64,000 bases of DNA from Eledone cirrhosa. Lineage: Eukaryota. This document shows positions 41,403 to 56,010 of this stretch, one piece after another. The stretch's first letter is position 1; every line of letters starts with the position of its first letter. The stretch is from assembly GCA_964016885.1 (NCBI GenBank), contig OZ024741.1, positions 160,456,001 to 160,520,000 on the forward strand, written 5' to 3'. Below the pieces are notes generated by a model. The model did no database searches. It was given only the letters and a program-made list of their open reading frames with translations, and was not told the DNA's origin. A program made the translations under genes and the position numbers.

Positions 41403-43144
41403 TTACCTTTTCGTTTCCTGGAGATCGGGTTGTTCAATCTCCATTTGGGTGCTGGATGGGGTGTTGGGTGGGGTGGGGAAACATTTCAACAGGACGCGGT
41501 TGATGGGTTTGTGGCAGGGGCTGCTCACGTCCTGTGAAAATTTAATTTTTAGGTCTTTATAGGTTTCCATAGAAACCCTTATAAGTTTAAGGTGTGGAGA
41601 CGATTCTGCCTTGACGAAAGTTTTGCCCTCCGTCTCCACCTTGGGGTTTTGGGAGATGACCTCCATCAAACTCTTGTTGTTTGTGTTGATGTATGCGTAT
41701 TGTTGTTTGTGTTTTTGTTGTGTTGTTTTAGTTTGTTGTTCATCCGGGAGTTTTCTGTTTATGGTGGGTGCTTGTGTTTGGGGTGGTGTTGGTGCTGGTT
41801 TTGCTGATAGGGGGATGTTTTACTGTGGTGTTGTTTGTGTTGTTGTTTGTGTCTGTGGTTGTGTGTTGGTGTTGGTGATTGGAGTTTTGGGGGTTTTGTG
41901 GTGTCTCTTTTTTTGTTTTTTAGATTTCCGCGGTTCTCCCTCTTCTTCACTTAAAGAAGGAGAAGCAGCTTCATCCGTCGATGAATAATCATCGTCAGGT
42001 GTGTGGGGTAAGGGTATGTTGTGTGGTGGTGGTGGTGTTTCGGTATGTGCGTTTGTGGTAGTGTTTGATGGAGTGGGATGGAGTGTGGATGTGTTCTTCA
42101 GGGGTGTTGTCTCTGTTTTTTCTGTTGTTGTTGGTTGAGTGTCTGTTTGTTTTGGTGTGGTTGCTCGTTTCGTCTGTCGTTGTACTTGTGGTGGTGGTGG
42201 TGGTTGTTTTGGTGTTGGTGTTGGTAATAGCGTTTTTTTTATGATGTTGTTGTTGTGTGTTTGTGGACAAGAGGCTTTTAGGTGAGCTGTGCTACCACAG
42301 CGAAAGCAATTAAATTTTCGTCCTTCTACCGAAATGTTTATTTTGTTGTTATTATCAATAACGACTCTTTCGGGTATTTTGGAGATTCTCTCCGGTTTCA
42401 TTTGCAACAGAATCTCCAAATCTGTGCCCGCCCACCTTTGTCGAATAGATTTTCGTATCGAAAGTATTATGTCTGTTTCTGGCTCTACGAAGCCAGCCAA
42501 GATCCACCAGATGTTAATGCTTGGAGGTATGTTTTTTATTTTTATTTTTTGTGTCCTTTTCCCCATGTATGTAGGGAAAAGGGTGTATGCTTTTGACACT
42601 ATAGGTGTCACAGAGTTTTTGGGGGCGAGTGCCTCGCTTTTAAACAGTACGGAAACACTTCCGTACTGTTTTCCTCGCTGGAGAAAATCGACATTTGCTA
42701 GAATTTCCTTGAAAGAATCTTCTATATCTGCTTGATTAACAAATGTCGGTTTTCTTGACGAATTTGACACAGTCCTAAAAGTGACTGATCGGTGGTTTGT
42801 GTCTTCCTTTATTTCAAGGAGTGAGTTAATTCTAAACCCACCTCTTTCTTCGAAAGTTACAAATTTTCTCCCTTGCTGGGGCATATCTCTTGCGTTGGAG
42901 ATATCAAGATTTATAAAATCTTGTTTCTTGTTGACTGTGTCAGCGAAAGACATTTTCTTTTTTTGTGTGGTGTTGTTGTTGATGATGATGTTATCGTTGT
43001 TGGAAATTTTATGTGTAGATGTATCTGTAGAGTTGTTGATGTCTTTTTCATGTGTATGTATGTCAATGGGTTTTTTTGCTGTGTTTTCCTGTGTGTTATT
43101 GTCATTTTTCTCCGCTTCGGCGGTAGAAATTGTAAAATTTTCAA
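41403..43144 (-). pseudogene. Tx1 ORF1 (CCHC zinc knuckle, Thr/Pro-rich tail), disrupted
   Basis: ORF pieces 42911..43144, 41820..42953 and 41403..41669; homologous to copy 2 ORF1. Confidence 0.8.
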
Positions 43145-43491
43145 ATGTTAATATATTTTTTTCTTTGTGACAGTTGTATCTATGGCGACGTCCATAGTAG
43201 CAGAAGCAGATATAACGTTAATATCTGCCTCTTTCTCTCTCTTTTCTCTATTAACGTTCTCCAGCGTTCTAGTGTTGCTCAAGTTTTTTACTTTGTAAAA
43301 TCTGATATTTTAAAACAAATTTTTAAAATAAAATGTTCGCCCCTACAGGGGCGAAAAATGGGATTGCCACCCAGCTGACAATTCAGCTTGGGGGTTAATC
43401 TACAAAGTGTTGTGTTTTTTTCAAACAATTAGATCGGTTTTTTGCATAGAAATTAACAAAAAACTTACCGGCGATGTTCCACACGTCAGAC

Positions 43492-43576
<85 letters not shown>

Positions 43577-43578
<2 letters not shown>

Positions 43579-46500
43579 TTTCTTTTTATTTGCCACCAGG
43601 GCATCAAAAGTGGGACAAGTACAAAGGGGGGAGTTTACATGCAAAGGCGTCCTCAATATGGAGGAGGCAATAACAAGATATAAAAGTATAAAAATAAAAT
43701 AAAATATAACAAAATAAATTTTATAACAAAATCCTCAATAAGGAGGAGGCGCCTTGTGGGGTCGCACACACACCCGAAAAAAAGTGTGCAACACTTCTCC
43801 TCAGGAGCACAGAGAGGGGGTGCTCCCTTGATTTTTCATCTTCCTCACCTATAGTCTGATGTAGAGTGAAGGCCCATTCACACGGGCCATTCTCGCCACT
43901 TTCACCCATCTTTCATAAAAACGGCTGGGGTGCAGCATCTCTCTCTCCATCCTGATCCTTCTTCCGAAATGATATCGGAAGAAACGGACCAGTTGTTGGC
44001 CAGAGAGAAAGGTGTCTGACCTCAGTCCTTTCAGACGCGTCCACCATACAACCTCTTTCGCCATGGCTATTACGCACAGAAATACCGCCTCTCTTTCGTT
44101 TTTGAAGAGGGGAGGCGGCTTGATCGTTACAATAGACTCGGTGGTCAACCTGATCCGTCCCACACTTGACAGCAGTTGTTCGACATAGCCCCACAGATCG
44201 GCAATGCCCGAGCAGTGTACCAAAGCGTGTGCAACGGTTTCCTCGTCGCACACGCATCTGGGACAGATCTTTTTCGAGGGGTCCCTACCCGGGCGCCCGT
44301 GTCTGTAGAGCCTTTCTCGAACGGGCAGAGCCCCTCGGTAGCACTGCCAGGCCAGGTACCTCTGGAAGTTATCCATGGGTCCCGGGCTGAATGTCTTACC
44401 GAACAGGTTGTCCAGTTCGTCTTCCTCCATGCCTAGGGCTTCTCCGAGGGCGTCGTCGCACCTGCTAACCACCAGCCCTCTATAGAATGACGAGGTGGAT
44501 TCTCCACTGACAGCCGGGTCCGCCTGCCAGAGAGCCGTGAGCGCCTGGGCACACTCGGTGTGCCAGGCGCCCAGTTTTCTCGGTCTTTGCTTGACCCAGG
44601 ATTGCAACTCGGTGAGTGAGACTAGTCTGGGAAAGGCTCGCCTCACAAACGGGGCCCACACCGGTTGACCGGTGAGGAATACCTGGAGGTGCCGTAGCCT
44701 TAATGAGTGTTTACGTATCATTAGCCACGGCATCCCCAGCCCTCCTTTCGAAGGGTGTTGACAGCAGATGGATCTCCTCACCATAGGAGCCCGCTTCTTT
44801 CAAAGGAATTGGAAGAGTGCGCGATCCATTTTGGCGATCGTTTCCCTTGGGCAAGGCACAACGGTCAGGCGGTAGTAGATGACGGACGCTATATAAGTGT
44901 TCGCCACCTCCGCCCGACCTTTCGGGGACAGTTTGCACTCGGCCCACTTCTGGGTCAGTGCGAACACCCTGTTCGTTACCTCACCCCAGTTCTTCTCCAC
45001 CTGGAGGTCTGGTCCGAACCAGACCCCGAGCAACTTCACCGGGCCCTCCCTCCAACGCCCGACGACGCCATCGGAGGGCATCGATCTGCCCCTCCACGTG
45101 CCGAGTTGCAGACCGATCGACTTGTCCCGGTTCAGCTTAGCTCCTGTAAACCTTTCGTACTCCTCCAGTAAGGTGCCGACCGCCCCGATTTCCGAGGCCG
45201 TCGACACCATTACTGTTACGTCGTCGGCGTAGTCCGACACCGCTTTCCGCAATCCCGGTTCCAACGGGATGCCCTGAAACAACTCCAACTTCCGCAGCAG
45301 TGGCTCTAGAGTCATCACATACAGAAGGGAGGATATAGGGCACCCTTGTCGGATGGACCGCGCGATTTCGAACGGCTCCGAGAGGTAGCCGTTCACCTTG
45401 ACCCTAGAGCAGATGCGGCTGCTGTGCATGGCATTGATCCAGCCCCTGAAAACGGGTCCGAAGCCTGCCGCCGCTAGCACCGCATCCAGGTAACCATGGT
45501 CGACCCTATCGAACGCCTTAGATTGATCCAAGTTGATCAGGGCCCCCACGAAAGCCGGGTTCGTTCCCAACCCTCTTTATGATGTATCGCATGAGGTGGA
45601 GGTTGTCGTGGATGGACCTGGACGGGATAGCACATGTCTGCGCATCTCCCACCAGGTTGCCCACGACAAGCACCAACCTCTTTGCTAGCACCTTGGCCAA
45701 AATCTGTAACTCTGTATTTAGCAGAGTTATGGGCCTGAAATTATTTATATCGTCCCCCTTGTTCTCGTCCTTCCTCACTAGCGTGACTACGCCCTTGGTC
45801 ACAGCACAGGGAATTCTCCCGTTCTGTTGCCAGTTGCAGTAGACCTCCTCGAGGAGATCATGGAACAAGTCCGGCATAGCTAGATACAGTTCGTATGGAA
45901 GACCATCGAGACCCGGGGATTTGCGTTTGCCGCATTGACTCAGCACGTCCTCTATCTCAGCGGCTGAAATCGGCTCCTCGCAGGACTTCGCCTCCCTGTC
46001 CGAGAGACGCGGCAGGCCGTCGAGGTATAGACCGAAGTCCACATCCCCAACCGGCTCCCCGCCTCTTCCGAACAATCCGGCAAAGTGCTTTTGAAAAGCC
46101 TCGCACATCTGCTTAGGTTCAAGGATCACCCGTCCATCCTGGTTTCGCAAAGACCGGATAGTGGATCTGCTCCCTATTTTGCCTTCTGTCACGCGGGCCC
46201 AGCTAACAGCTTTGGTCCCCTCGTTTCCCAGAGCACGTATTTTGCTTCGGACGATGCAGCCTTCGTGTTTCGCGTCGAAGAACTGGCCCAGGGCCGTTCT
46301 CGACACTAGCACTCTGGCCACGTCGCCACTTCTAATTGCCTCTTCTACACTATCTACCAGCTCCCTTTCCTTCCTATTTCTATTTGAGGCTAACTCCTTA
46401 CTAAATTCTATAGAGACTACTTTAATCTCTCTTTTGAGAGATCCCCACCACCTGCTGTTGACGATGGCGCCCGTCAACCGCTCCTTAACTAAAGTGCTAA

Positions 46501-48898
46501 TCCGGTCCCTGTAAGCCTTACTTGCCGGTAAGGACAAGTTGAGCTTCCAGTAACCGGGTCCCTGTCTATGCGTTCTGTCAAGGTTGACCATGCAGCTCAC
46601 TAACTTGTGGTCTGAATAGCCAACCATGCTCATTTTTGGACAACTTAAAAAGTCCTTATCCTTATTTCTAACTAAGAACCTATCTAGGTACGACCTAGAT
46701 GATCCGCTACGATTTGCCCAAGTCCAGGTTGGCGCAGTCGGAAAATCTAGTCGATATCTATCGGCCAGGTCAAATCGACCGATTAACCCTTTGAGGCTAT
46801 TACACCCCTCTCTATCGGGACAGGCCCCTACGTCGTCCCAGCGTGCATCTAGGATACCATTCCAGTCTCCCACTAATAGCAAGGAGCGGGACGTCCCTAG
46901 AAAAGTCTCCAGACGATGGAAGAAGTCCGGCCGCATTGACCCGAAAGGGACGTAGGCAGCTACCAACCTAAACGCTCCGCCTTCACTACTGCCAAGGTCC
47001 AGAACCACTAGTCGACCCTCCGGTTTCAAATGTACCGTCTGTGTTGCGAGACCCAGATGTTTTGGCAGCAGAACGACAATCCCACCCCCACCTCCGGGCT
47101 GACAGAGAGATGCGTGCATCTCAAAGTCATCAAAGGTGGGGGCCAGTTGTCGCACGTTGCTGATCCGGGCCTCGCAAATAACCATCACATCTATACGTTG
47201 TGACCTGAGGTCATTTAGAAGCATTGCTTGCTTCCAAGTTGAGCCCAGGCCACGCGCATTTAAACAGCCTACTCTTAGCATAGCCATGTTGGTGGTGAAG
47301 AGAAAAGGCACTTACCTCTCTGCGTCCCGGGTATCGGGCTGCACAATTTCCATTAGGGTGGGGGATGGGTTGTTGGGTGGGGTGGTGGTTTGTGGAAGTG
47401 TAGGGGCATCAGTGTGTTGTGTGGTTGGGGTATTTGGTGTTGTGTGGGTGTTTGGGGAGGGGGTGGGGTAGTTTTTTAGGAGAACGCGGTTAATGGGCCC
47501 GACGCAGGGGGGACCCACGCCTCTTTAAAGTTGTTTTTTAAAGTTTTATAAGTGTCCTGTGGGGCCTTAATCATTTTGAGGTGGAGAAAATCCCCTGCCT
47601 GGATGAAGTTAGGCCCTTGGGTTTTTATTAAATTGTTGTTGTACACAATGTTTAACAGTTTTTTTGTTTCTTGTGTTTATGTATGTGTATGCATGTTTTT
47701 GTTTTTGTGTGGTGTTTTTTGTTTGCTGTTGTTGTGAGCTCTTTTGTGTTGGTGTCAGTGTTATGTTTTGGGGAGGGGTTGTTTTCATTTGTGTGTCTGA
47801 GGTGTGTTTTCTTTTTTTTCTTTTGATTGTGCTCCTCCTCGTCTGACGACAAACTAGGGTCATCTTCCGCGTTGGAGGGGAGGGGTATATTTTCGGGTTG
47901 AGTTTGCGGTGCGGGTGTTTTGGAAATTGTTTTTGTTTTTTTTAGTGGGGGGGATGGGTTGGACATTGTTTTGTTTTGGTTTGAGCTGTGGTTGTTGTTT
48001 TTTGTAGTGGTAGTTGTGGTGATTGTGTTGGTTGTGCAGTTGTTGGTGGTGTAGGCAGGATTGGGGTTTTCTTATTAAGTTGGGGACAGACAGCCCTCAG
48101 GTGACCTCTGGTTCCACAGAGGTAACACGAGGGCCGCCTACCCTCAACGGTAATGTTGATGAAAGTTTGATCATCCAGTATGACGCGTTCAGGGATCTGG
48201 GCGATCCTTTCGGGCCTCATTTGAACTACAAGTTCGAGGCTCGTTCCACTGAACGCGTCATCCGAATTCCTTTCCCATGGACACCAGCGTGTCATCATCC
48301 AGGTTCAGAAAACCTGTCAAAACCCACCATATGTCCATAATCGGCAGGATGGTGTGGATTTTTATTTTTTGTGTCCTTCTACCCATGTACGTAGGGTAGA
48401 AGGTGTATGCGGTGGATGTAATTGGTTTGATGGACAGTTTCACTGCTGTGTCCCTGTTCTTCATGAGAATGGATAGACTCCCGTAGAGTCTATCCTTCTG
48501 AATGAATGTGACGTCCCTCATGACGTCCTTTAAAACCAGCTCTATCTCACTCTGTGATGGTTGAGCTGGTTTTTTGCTTTTATTTGAGATTGTCCTAAAC
48601 ATGACAGTGTTTAGGAGTCTCTTGCTTTTTAGCTCCGGGGGGGGGGGGATCGAAAACGCACCATTCTCCCCGTACATTATGTATTTTTTTGCCTCTGCCA
48701 GTAGCTCCTTCGCTTTGGTTATATCTACTGGCAGATAGTCGAGGGTTTTGCTTGCCGTCTGGGCGAAGGAGACTTTTTCCTTGTTTGTGTTGCTGTTGTA
48801 GTTGGTGGTGTTGTTGTTATCATTGTTGTTGTTATCACAGTTATTGGTCTTGTTGTTGTTATTGTTATTGGTGTTGTTTTCTTCCGTAGCATTGTTGT

Positions 48899-48900
<2 letters not shown>
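43577..48900 (-). mobile_element. Tx1-clade element, copy 2 (diverged family, 5'-truncated in ORF1), in (GATA)n
   Basis: ORF1 pieces 47312-48900 (CYLCGTRGHLRAVC). ORF2 43849-47287 split by two frameshifts. (GATA)n on both sides. Confidence 0.9.
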
Positions 48901-48953
<53 letters not shown>

Positions 48954-49159
48954 TGTGTGGTGGGGTGCAAGCATGAATATATATGAATGAAGAAACGACA
49001 GAGCAGTACAGAAGTTTCATTTCTTCAATAGTCTAATGAAAAATATATTTTAAATAAAAGACTAGTGCTGAAAAAAAAAAAAAGTAAGTGACGTCATTTC
49101 ATCATTGGTGTTTGATGTGGCCCTAATGAAAAGAATAGCAATAAGTAACCTCTGAGATG

Positions 49160-49217
<58 letters not shown>

Positions 49218-49351
49218 TATGTGTGTGTATGTATGTGTATGTATGTGTGTATGTGTGCCTGTACGTATTCCATGATATATATATATATATAGTTGTAAAT
49301 ATATTAATATATATACAAATATACTTACATATATATATATATATATATATA

Positions 49352-49545
49352 TAACGAAGAAGTTGTGGTAAGGAACCAGATGGACCATAACGCACCAGAG
49401 TACTCAATACTTAGGGTAGTAGAGTGGGTAATAGGAGAAAGTATGACCCCGACGGAAGAGCTCAAGCCGTTTCGACGGCTATTTCTGGACTGAAATAGCC
49501 GTCGAAACGGCTTGAGCTCTGCCATCGGTGTCATACTTTCTCCTA
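49352..49545 (-). mobile_element. Hairpin+tail non-autonomous element
   Basis: Tail at 49352-49433, then palindrome GGAGAAAGTATGAC..GTCATACTTTCTCC. Confidence 0.75.
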
Positions 49546-49636
49546 TATATATAATATATTAATTATATATATATACTTGTAAATATATTAATATATATAC
49601 AAATATACTTACATACTTACATATATTCTAAAATAT

Positions 49637-49682
<46 letters not shown>

Positions 49683-49881
49683 TTATGTACTTGCATAATA
49701 TTTTCATATATATAAATGCGTGTGTGTATGTACAAATATTAAACACTAATACATAAGTGTTATAAATTTTTCCATGAAAATTAGTTATATATGTGTGCCT
49801 GTCTGTATGTGTGTGTGTATTACTTATGTATATATAAACATGGGTGCCATTGTATATATATATATACACATATATATATAT

Positions 49882-49964
<83 letters not shown>

Positions 49965-50274
49965 CTATTTGAGTGTCTGTGTTACTCTGTGGTGTTTCTA
50001 GTTTGTGTGTGTGTGAATGTATTTGTGTATGTCTACCAATTTGTTTACGTTTCACCTTTTTACTTTCTATATTCTCACCCGTCAAACATTGCACCGCTCT
50101 CTTCTCTAGTTTTTTTTTATGAAAAAGCAGGTGCAACTATGTGGAATGTAACACCTATGTGTGATGCACTCATACTTCATTAATAAACACACACACGTAT
50201 AGAGTGACACATACGTACATATACACACACACACGCATATATATATACATATGTATAAATAAACACACACACAC

Positions 50275-50308
<34 letters not shown>

Positions 50309-50342
50309 GTATGTATATATATATACAAACATATGTATACCC

Positions 50343-50377
<35 letters not shown>

Positions 50378-50430
50378 TATCTATATACATATATACATGT
50401 ACATGTGTTTATATATATATATATATTATA

Positions 50431-50466
<36 letters not shown>

Positions 50467-50850
50467 GATATAGAAATATATAGATATAGATATACATATA
50501 TATTTACATATATGTATATTTACAGTATATATATATATATTTACAGTATATATATATATATTTGTATATATATATGTGTGTGTGTATATGTATGTGATCT
50601 GTATAAATGTGTGCATGTGGGTGTGTCTGTGTGTTTATTAATGCAGATATATATATACGTGCATATATAAACACATATATCCACATATATTTACATATAT
50701 ATATATATGAATATATATATGTATGTGTGTGTGTGTGTGTGAGGATATTTATGCGTGTTACTTTCATTTTTACATTACGTAATATATTAAGAGAGAGAAT
50801 CTAATTAAATACTGTACTGTATATATACTATAATCATCGCATATATATTA

Positions 50851-50896
<46 letters not shown>

Positions 50897-51006
50897 AAAT
50901 AAATAAATGTATGTGTGTATATATATATATATATAGTTCAAGAAATGACAAGAGAAAGTCATATTAGTTATATATATTTTCATACATACATACATACATA
51001 CATACA

Positions 51007-51772
51007 TGATGATGGCTGTCCTCTCGTTATCGAGAATGGCCATTGCATGATATACCATTATTAATCAATATTAAAGCGTTACGGCCCTTGCCATTCTGAG
51101 TTCAAATCCCGCCGAGGTTAACTTTGCCTATCATCCTTACGGAGTCGATAAAATAAAGTACCAGTAATACACTGGGTAATTGCTGGCCTTGTGCCAAAAG
51201 TAGAAACAAGTAATTAATTCTATCGTGCAATGCCTGTGCGTGAAGATATTTTTTAAAGTGAAGAATGACTGTGCACTGAGCCAATCCCACTCTCTGAGCG
51301 ACAGTAGCTATAACCCGAAAAGAAGAAAAGATCAACATCATCGGTAACTACTGAGCCGCAGGTTTTATATCGGAGTTATCCCAGTTTCCTGAGTTGCCTT
51401 CTCCTAGAAGAATGCCCTGACAAAGGCTAGGGGACCTTCATTCCCAGTGGTTTAACCGCGCAATCGGGTCTCCAGCCCGACTATTTCTATGTCCCCGCGC
51501 ATATACATACACATGCACCCATGTATAGACACATATGTACATGTGTATATACATGTGTATATACATATTTACACACTTTTGGATGGCCGTTGACTCTTAT
51601 GAGTTATTCCACCCTTTGACAGGTTTTGTTTTTTGTCCTGCAGGGTGTCCAAAATCACCCTCTTCACCAAGTAAACTTGGTGGGGTTGCCGGTTTAGTCG
51701 CCGACGACCTGACCATGCGACAGGTTGTACTGGGTTACATGTTACCAGTAGCACTTAAGAGTGACCCGACAT
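51007..51772 (-). mobile_element. Non-coding repeat ending in a stem-loop + (ATGT)n, interrupted by a SINE at about 51076-51210
   Basis: Homologous to 27730-28110 and 57158-57600; terminal hairpin at 51012-51043. Confidence 0.6.
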
Positions 51773-51826
51773 AATATATATACATACATACATACATACA
51801 TACATACATACATACATACATACATA

Positions 51827-52668
51827 AGTTGTGCATGGATACTTGAGACGTAAAACACAGACCATAGAGGGGATAAACCACTCAAAAAGCCTGACATGGA
51901 GTTCCGACAAGTTCATGACATCACACCTTGAGGGATATCTCTATGCAATACAGGAACAAGAACTCCCTACCAAATATCTGCTGCACAAAAGGGGAGGGCC
52001 ATCAGCTGACAATAAATGTAGGCTATGTAAAACAAAGATCGAGGATGTAAGCCACATTGTTGCCAGCTGCGAAAGAATGTCATCTCGCTACTACCTCCCC
52101 ATGAGACACGATGGTATAGCTAGAACCATCTGGAACGCACTTCGGAAAACAAAATTAACAACAAACGAGGAAGAATATATTGAGACAGATGGCACTAAGG
52201 AATACTGGTGGAACCTGAAAATAAAAACTGCCACCAAATTAAAGCACAACCGACCTGATATTGTTGTTTGGGACCACAGATTGAAAACGTGTTCTGTTGT
52301 GGAGATCAGCTGCCCACTTGATGTAAACGTTGTCAGAAAAATACAGGAGAAGGAGGACATCTACGGACCATTGATGAGGAGTTTACAAATCCAGTATCCA
52401 AGATAAACCTTTAGCTTCATACCCATCATTATTGGAGCTACGGGTTATATACCAACCCGCTTGGAAAAAGTATGACTGAACTTGGATTTGCGGACAAAGA
52501 GCGCAGCTCCCTAATTCATAGTCTATAAATGGTTGCGATAGCTGGTACCTTCAAAATTTGCAAAACATTCTTGCGATTCAAGGATGACAATTTCTTTTCT
52601 TTTACAACCTTGCCACCAGGAAGGTGGCCGGTCAAAAAAATATACTCGAAATTAAGAGAAAGAAATAA
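51827..52668 (+). mobile_element. R4/Dong-like 3' fragment (second family) in (ACAT)n
   Basis: CRLC..EDVSHIVASC, RHDGIA, HNRPDIVVWD..VEISCP..K.QEK..Y. (ACAT)n on both sides; sibling 3' end at 57736-57985. Confidence 0.85.
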
Positions 52669-52949
52669 CATACATACATACATATACTTATAGAGATAGA
52701 AATATGTAGGTGGGTGGATATATATACAGTATATCATGGCTATCATTCACAAATTGCATATAGCTATGACTATTTTATATAAGAACACAGTCACACATAA
52801 TCACACACCCCGTCATGTATATAACTTGCGCGAGATTTGAACTCAGAATTTAAAGAAACCGATATAATACCTAATGACATTTTATCCGATGCTCTACCAA
52901 TTCTGCAAATCCTACACCATTATGAACGGCATTATATTGAATTAAATTG

Positions 52950-53130
52950 AATTGGCAGTATCGGTAGAGGGTCGGACACCATGATTTGACGCATGGAATT
53001 ACGACCCTTGCCATTCTGAGTTCAAATCCCGCCGAGGTTAACTTTGCTTTTCATCCTTACGGGGTCGATAAAATAAAGTACCAGTAATGTACTGGTAATT
53101 GCTGGCCTTGTGCCAATAGTAGAAACAATT
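52950..53130 (+). mobile_element. tRNA-derived SINE with Nin-like central domain
   Basis: A-box-like TGGCAGTATCGG, B-box GAGTTCAAATCC, core GCCGAGGTTAACTTTGC..TCATCCTTACGGGGTCGATAAAATAAAGTACCAG. Confidence 0.85.
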
Positions 53131-53297
53131 ATATTGAATTAAATTCACCGCAAAACGAAATATGTAGGTGTGAGCATGTCAGGGCTGCAGCCTTCACTTT
53201 TCATATATATTTGCATACAATGATAGATATCATTCGAATCACACACACATTCACTTTCAGTGGTCGCCCCGGTACACGAGCAGTAAATGCACAACAT

Positions 53298-53337
<40 letters not shown>

Positions 53338-53624
53338 GCATATATATTTATATATATATACACAGAGAGAGTATGTCTGTGTGTCTGTGCGTAGGTTTAA
53401 ACGTATATATATATGTATATATGTATGTACAAGTATATATATGTATGTATGTACAAGTATATATATATATGTGTGTGTGTGTAATTAAAGACACTGGGTA
53501 TTAAAACCATGTTTAGATGGTAACTCATAAGAATTTTTAAGTGCAGTAAATGTTGAAATCTATATGAATATACTCTAAAAAAAACTACACACATTTATAT
53601 ATATATATATATATATACATACAT

Positions 53625-53662
<38 letters not shown>

Positions 53663-53755
53663 ATATATATATATTTGTATATATATCTATATATCTATAT
53701 ATATATACAAATATATATATATACATATATATATACATATATATATACACACACA

Positions 53756-53822
<67 letters not shown>

Positions 53823-54221
53823 GTATATATATATATATACATATAAGTTACTGTTACCGCGTGAAAACTTGATAAAGTATATATTTCATATTTGTATACA
53901 AATTTGTCGCATATGTGTGTGTTTGTATATGAATGTATGTTTCTGAAGGTATGAAAACGTCGTGTGCAAACTCGATATAATTACAAAAAATAATAAAATA
54001 GTTATAAAATATATAAAATAAAGAAAATTACAAAACATATTAAAACTTACTTCTTAATAAAACAACTTTAAATTTTCTTCTTTTTTTTTTCTTTTTCTAT
54101 AAATTTACTGGTGAAAATAAATTAGAATCTATCTCCAAGATGTCACTTCAAGCACACCTACAGTAAAACACACCTATATGTCACCTTATTATATATATAT
54201 GTATATATATAATTGTGTGTG

Positions 54222-54279
<58 letters not shown>

Positions 54280-54371
54280 TATACGTATATAGATATATTT
54301 ATATATATGGATACATATAATATGTAATTTGAATTATATATATATATATATAAATATATATATATATATTT

Positions 54372-54426
<55 letters not shown>

Positions 54427-54443
54427 TATATCTATCTATATAT

Positions 54444-54535
<92 letters not shown>

Positions 54536-54774
54536 TATGGATATACCATTTACTTTTCTCTTAAATAATTCTGTCTTTAAAATAATTATTTTAAAAGAAA
54601 AGAAAATAGTTTTGTACACATCACTTATTTATTCATTTGCTTTTATTTAAATAATCAATGTTTAAAAATTGAAATTAATATGTAGAGATGATGATGGTGA
54701 TGATCATGATGATCATGATTGTGATGATGGTTGTGGTGGTGGTGATGGTGAAGGTGGGGTGTTGGGAATGATGC

Positions 54775-56010
54775 TAGTTATTTCCTATTACAAGTACAGA
54801 GCCATACATCTCTGAAGGTGGGGTATAAAACCAATTATCTCGACTCTTGTACATGACTAGTACTATATTTTATTGGTCAAGGAATGGTTTGATGTCGTAA
54901 AATAGAGAAATACAGTTAAATACTCATAAGTTAATTAATTCCGCATGTGAATATTTCTACAATCCCACCACCGTACATGTGGGCAAATCGGCCCTGGTAG
55001 TTGATTTATATTTTATTTTATTTTACCCAAAACAATGAAAAGCAAAGGTGACCTTGGCGGGATTTGAACTCAGCATACATTGAACTCACCCAGAGCGTAC
55101 ATTGCAAATTATTTTATCCAGCGCTCTAACGAGTCTACCAATACACTACCTTCACCACCCTACATTAATAATTTCTGTAATTTAATTGTTTCTACTTTTG
55201 GCACAAGGCCAGCAATTACCCAGTGCATTACTGGTACTTTATTTTATCGACCCCGTAAGGATGAAAGGCAAAGTTAACCTCGGCGGGATTTGAACTCAGA
55301 ATGGCAAGGACCGTAACTATAAGCATGGCGTCCGACACTTCTGTAATTTAATAATGGTTTTTTATATAGGCAGAAGGCCGACAATTTTGTGGGAGGGGAA
55401 AGTCGATTAAATCGACCCCAGTGCGTGACTGGTACTTTATTTTATCGACATCGTAAGGATGAAAGGCGAAGTTAAACCTGGGCGGGATTTGAAGTTAGAT
55501 CATAAAGGGATGTAACTCTATACTGCAAAGCATGGCGTCCTACCCTCTACCAATACTGCCCATCCACTGCCCTTCTGTAATTTAATAATCGTTTCAAACG
55601 ACACTATACTAGCAATTTGGGGGAAAGGGGTAAGTTAATTATATTGACCTCAGTATTTGAGTGGTACTTTATTTTATCGAGCCCCTGAAGGCAGAATTGA
55701 CCTTAATGGGAATTGAACTCAGAATGCCGGGACTAAATACTCGAAGCATTTTATCTAATGCCATAACGATTATACCAAGCCCCCGCCAATATTTCTTTTA
55801 TTTGATAACCATGATTTACAATAATTGTTTCTACTTTTGGCACAAGGCCAGCAATTACCCAGTGCATTACTGGTACTTTATTTTATCGACCCTTTAAGGA
55901 TGAAAGGCAAAGTTAACTTCGGCGGGATTTGAACTCAGAATGTAAAAGACCGTAACTTTATGCCGCGTAGCAGGGTGCCCGACGCTCTACCGATACTGCC
56001 AATCCACCGT
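54775..56010 (-). mobile_element. Cluster of at least five co-oriented copies of the same SINE
   Basis: Repeated CTGGTACTTTATTTTATCGAC..GGATGAAAGGC..GGCGGGATTTGAACTCAG at about 55040-55160, 55186-55340, 55355-55572, 55590-55790 and 55826-56010. Confidence 0.85.

Larger units (their letters stand above)
38074..43496 (-). mobile_element. Tx1-clade (L1 group) non-LTR retrotransposon, copy 1, in (GATA)n
   Basis: ORF1 with CFRCGSTAHLKASC knuckle, disrupted APE-RT ORF2, AATAAA at the 3' end, (GATA)n on both sides. Confidence 0.9.

Noticed and set aside
51660-51772. Possible HDV-like ribozyme at the 5' end of the stem-loop repeat (minus)
   Set aside because: I could not assemble a consistent P1/P2/P3/P1.1 pseudoknot by eye.
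52950-53030. tRNA gene
   Set aside because: A/B boxes only, with no cloverleaf; it is a SINE head.
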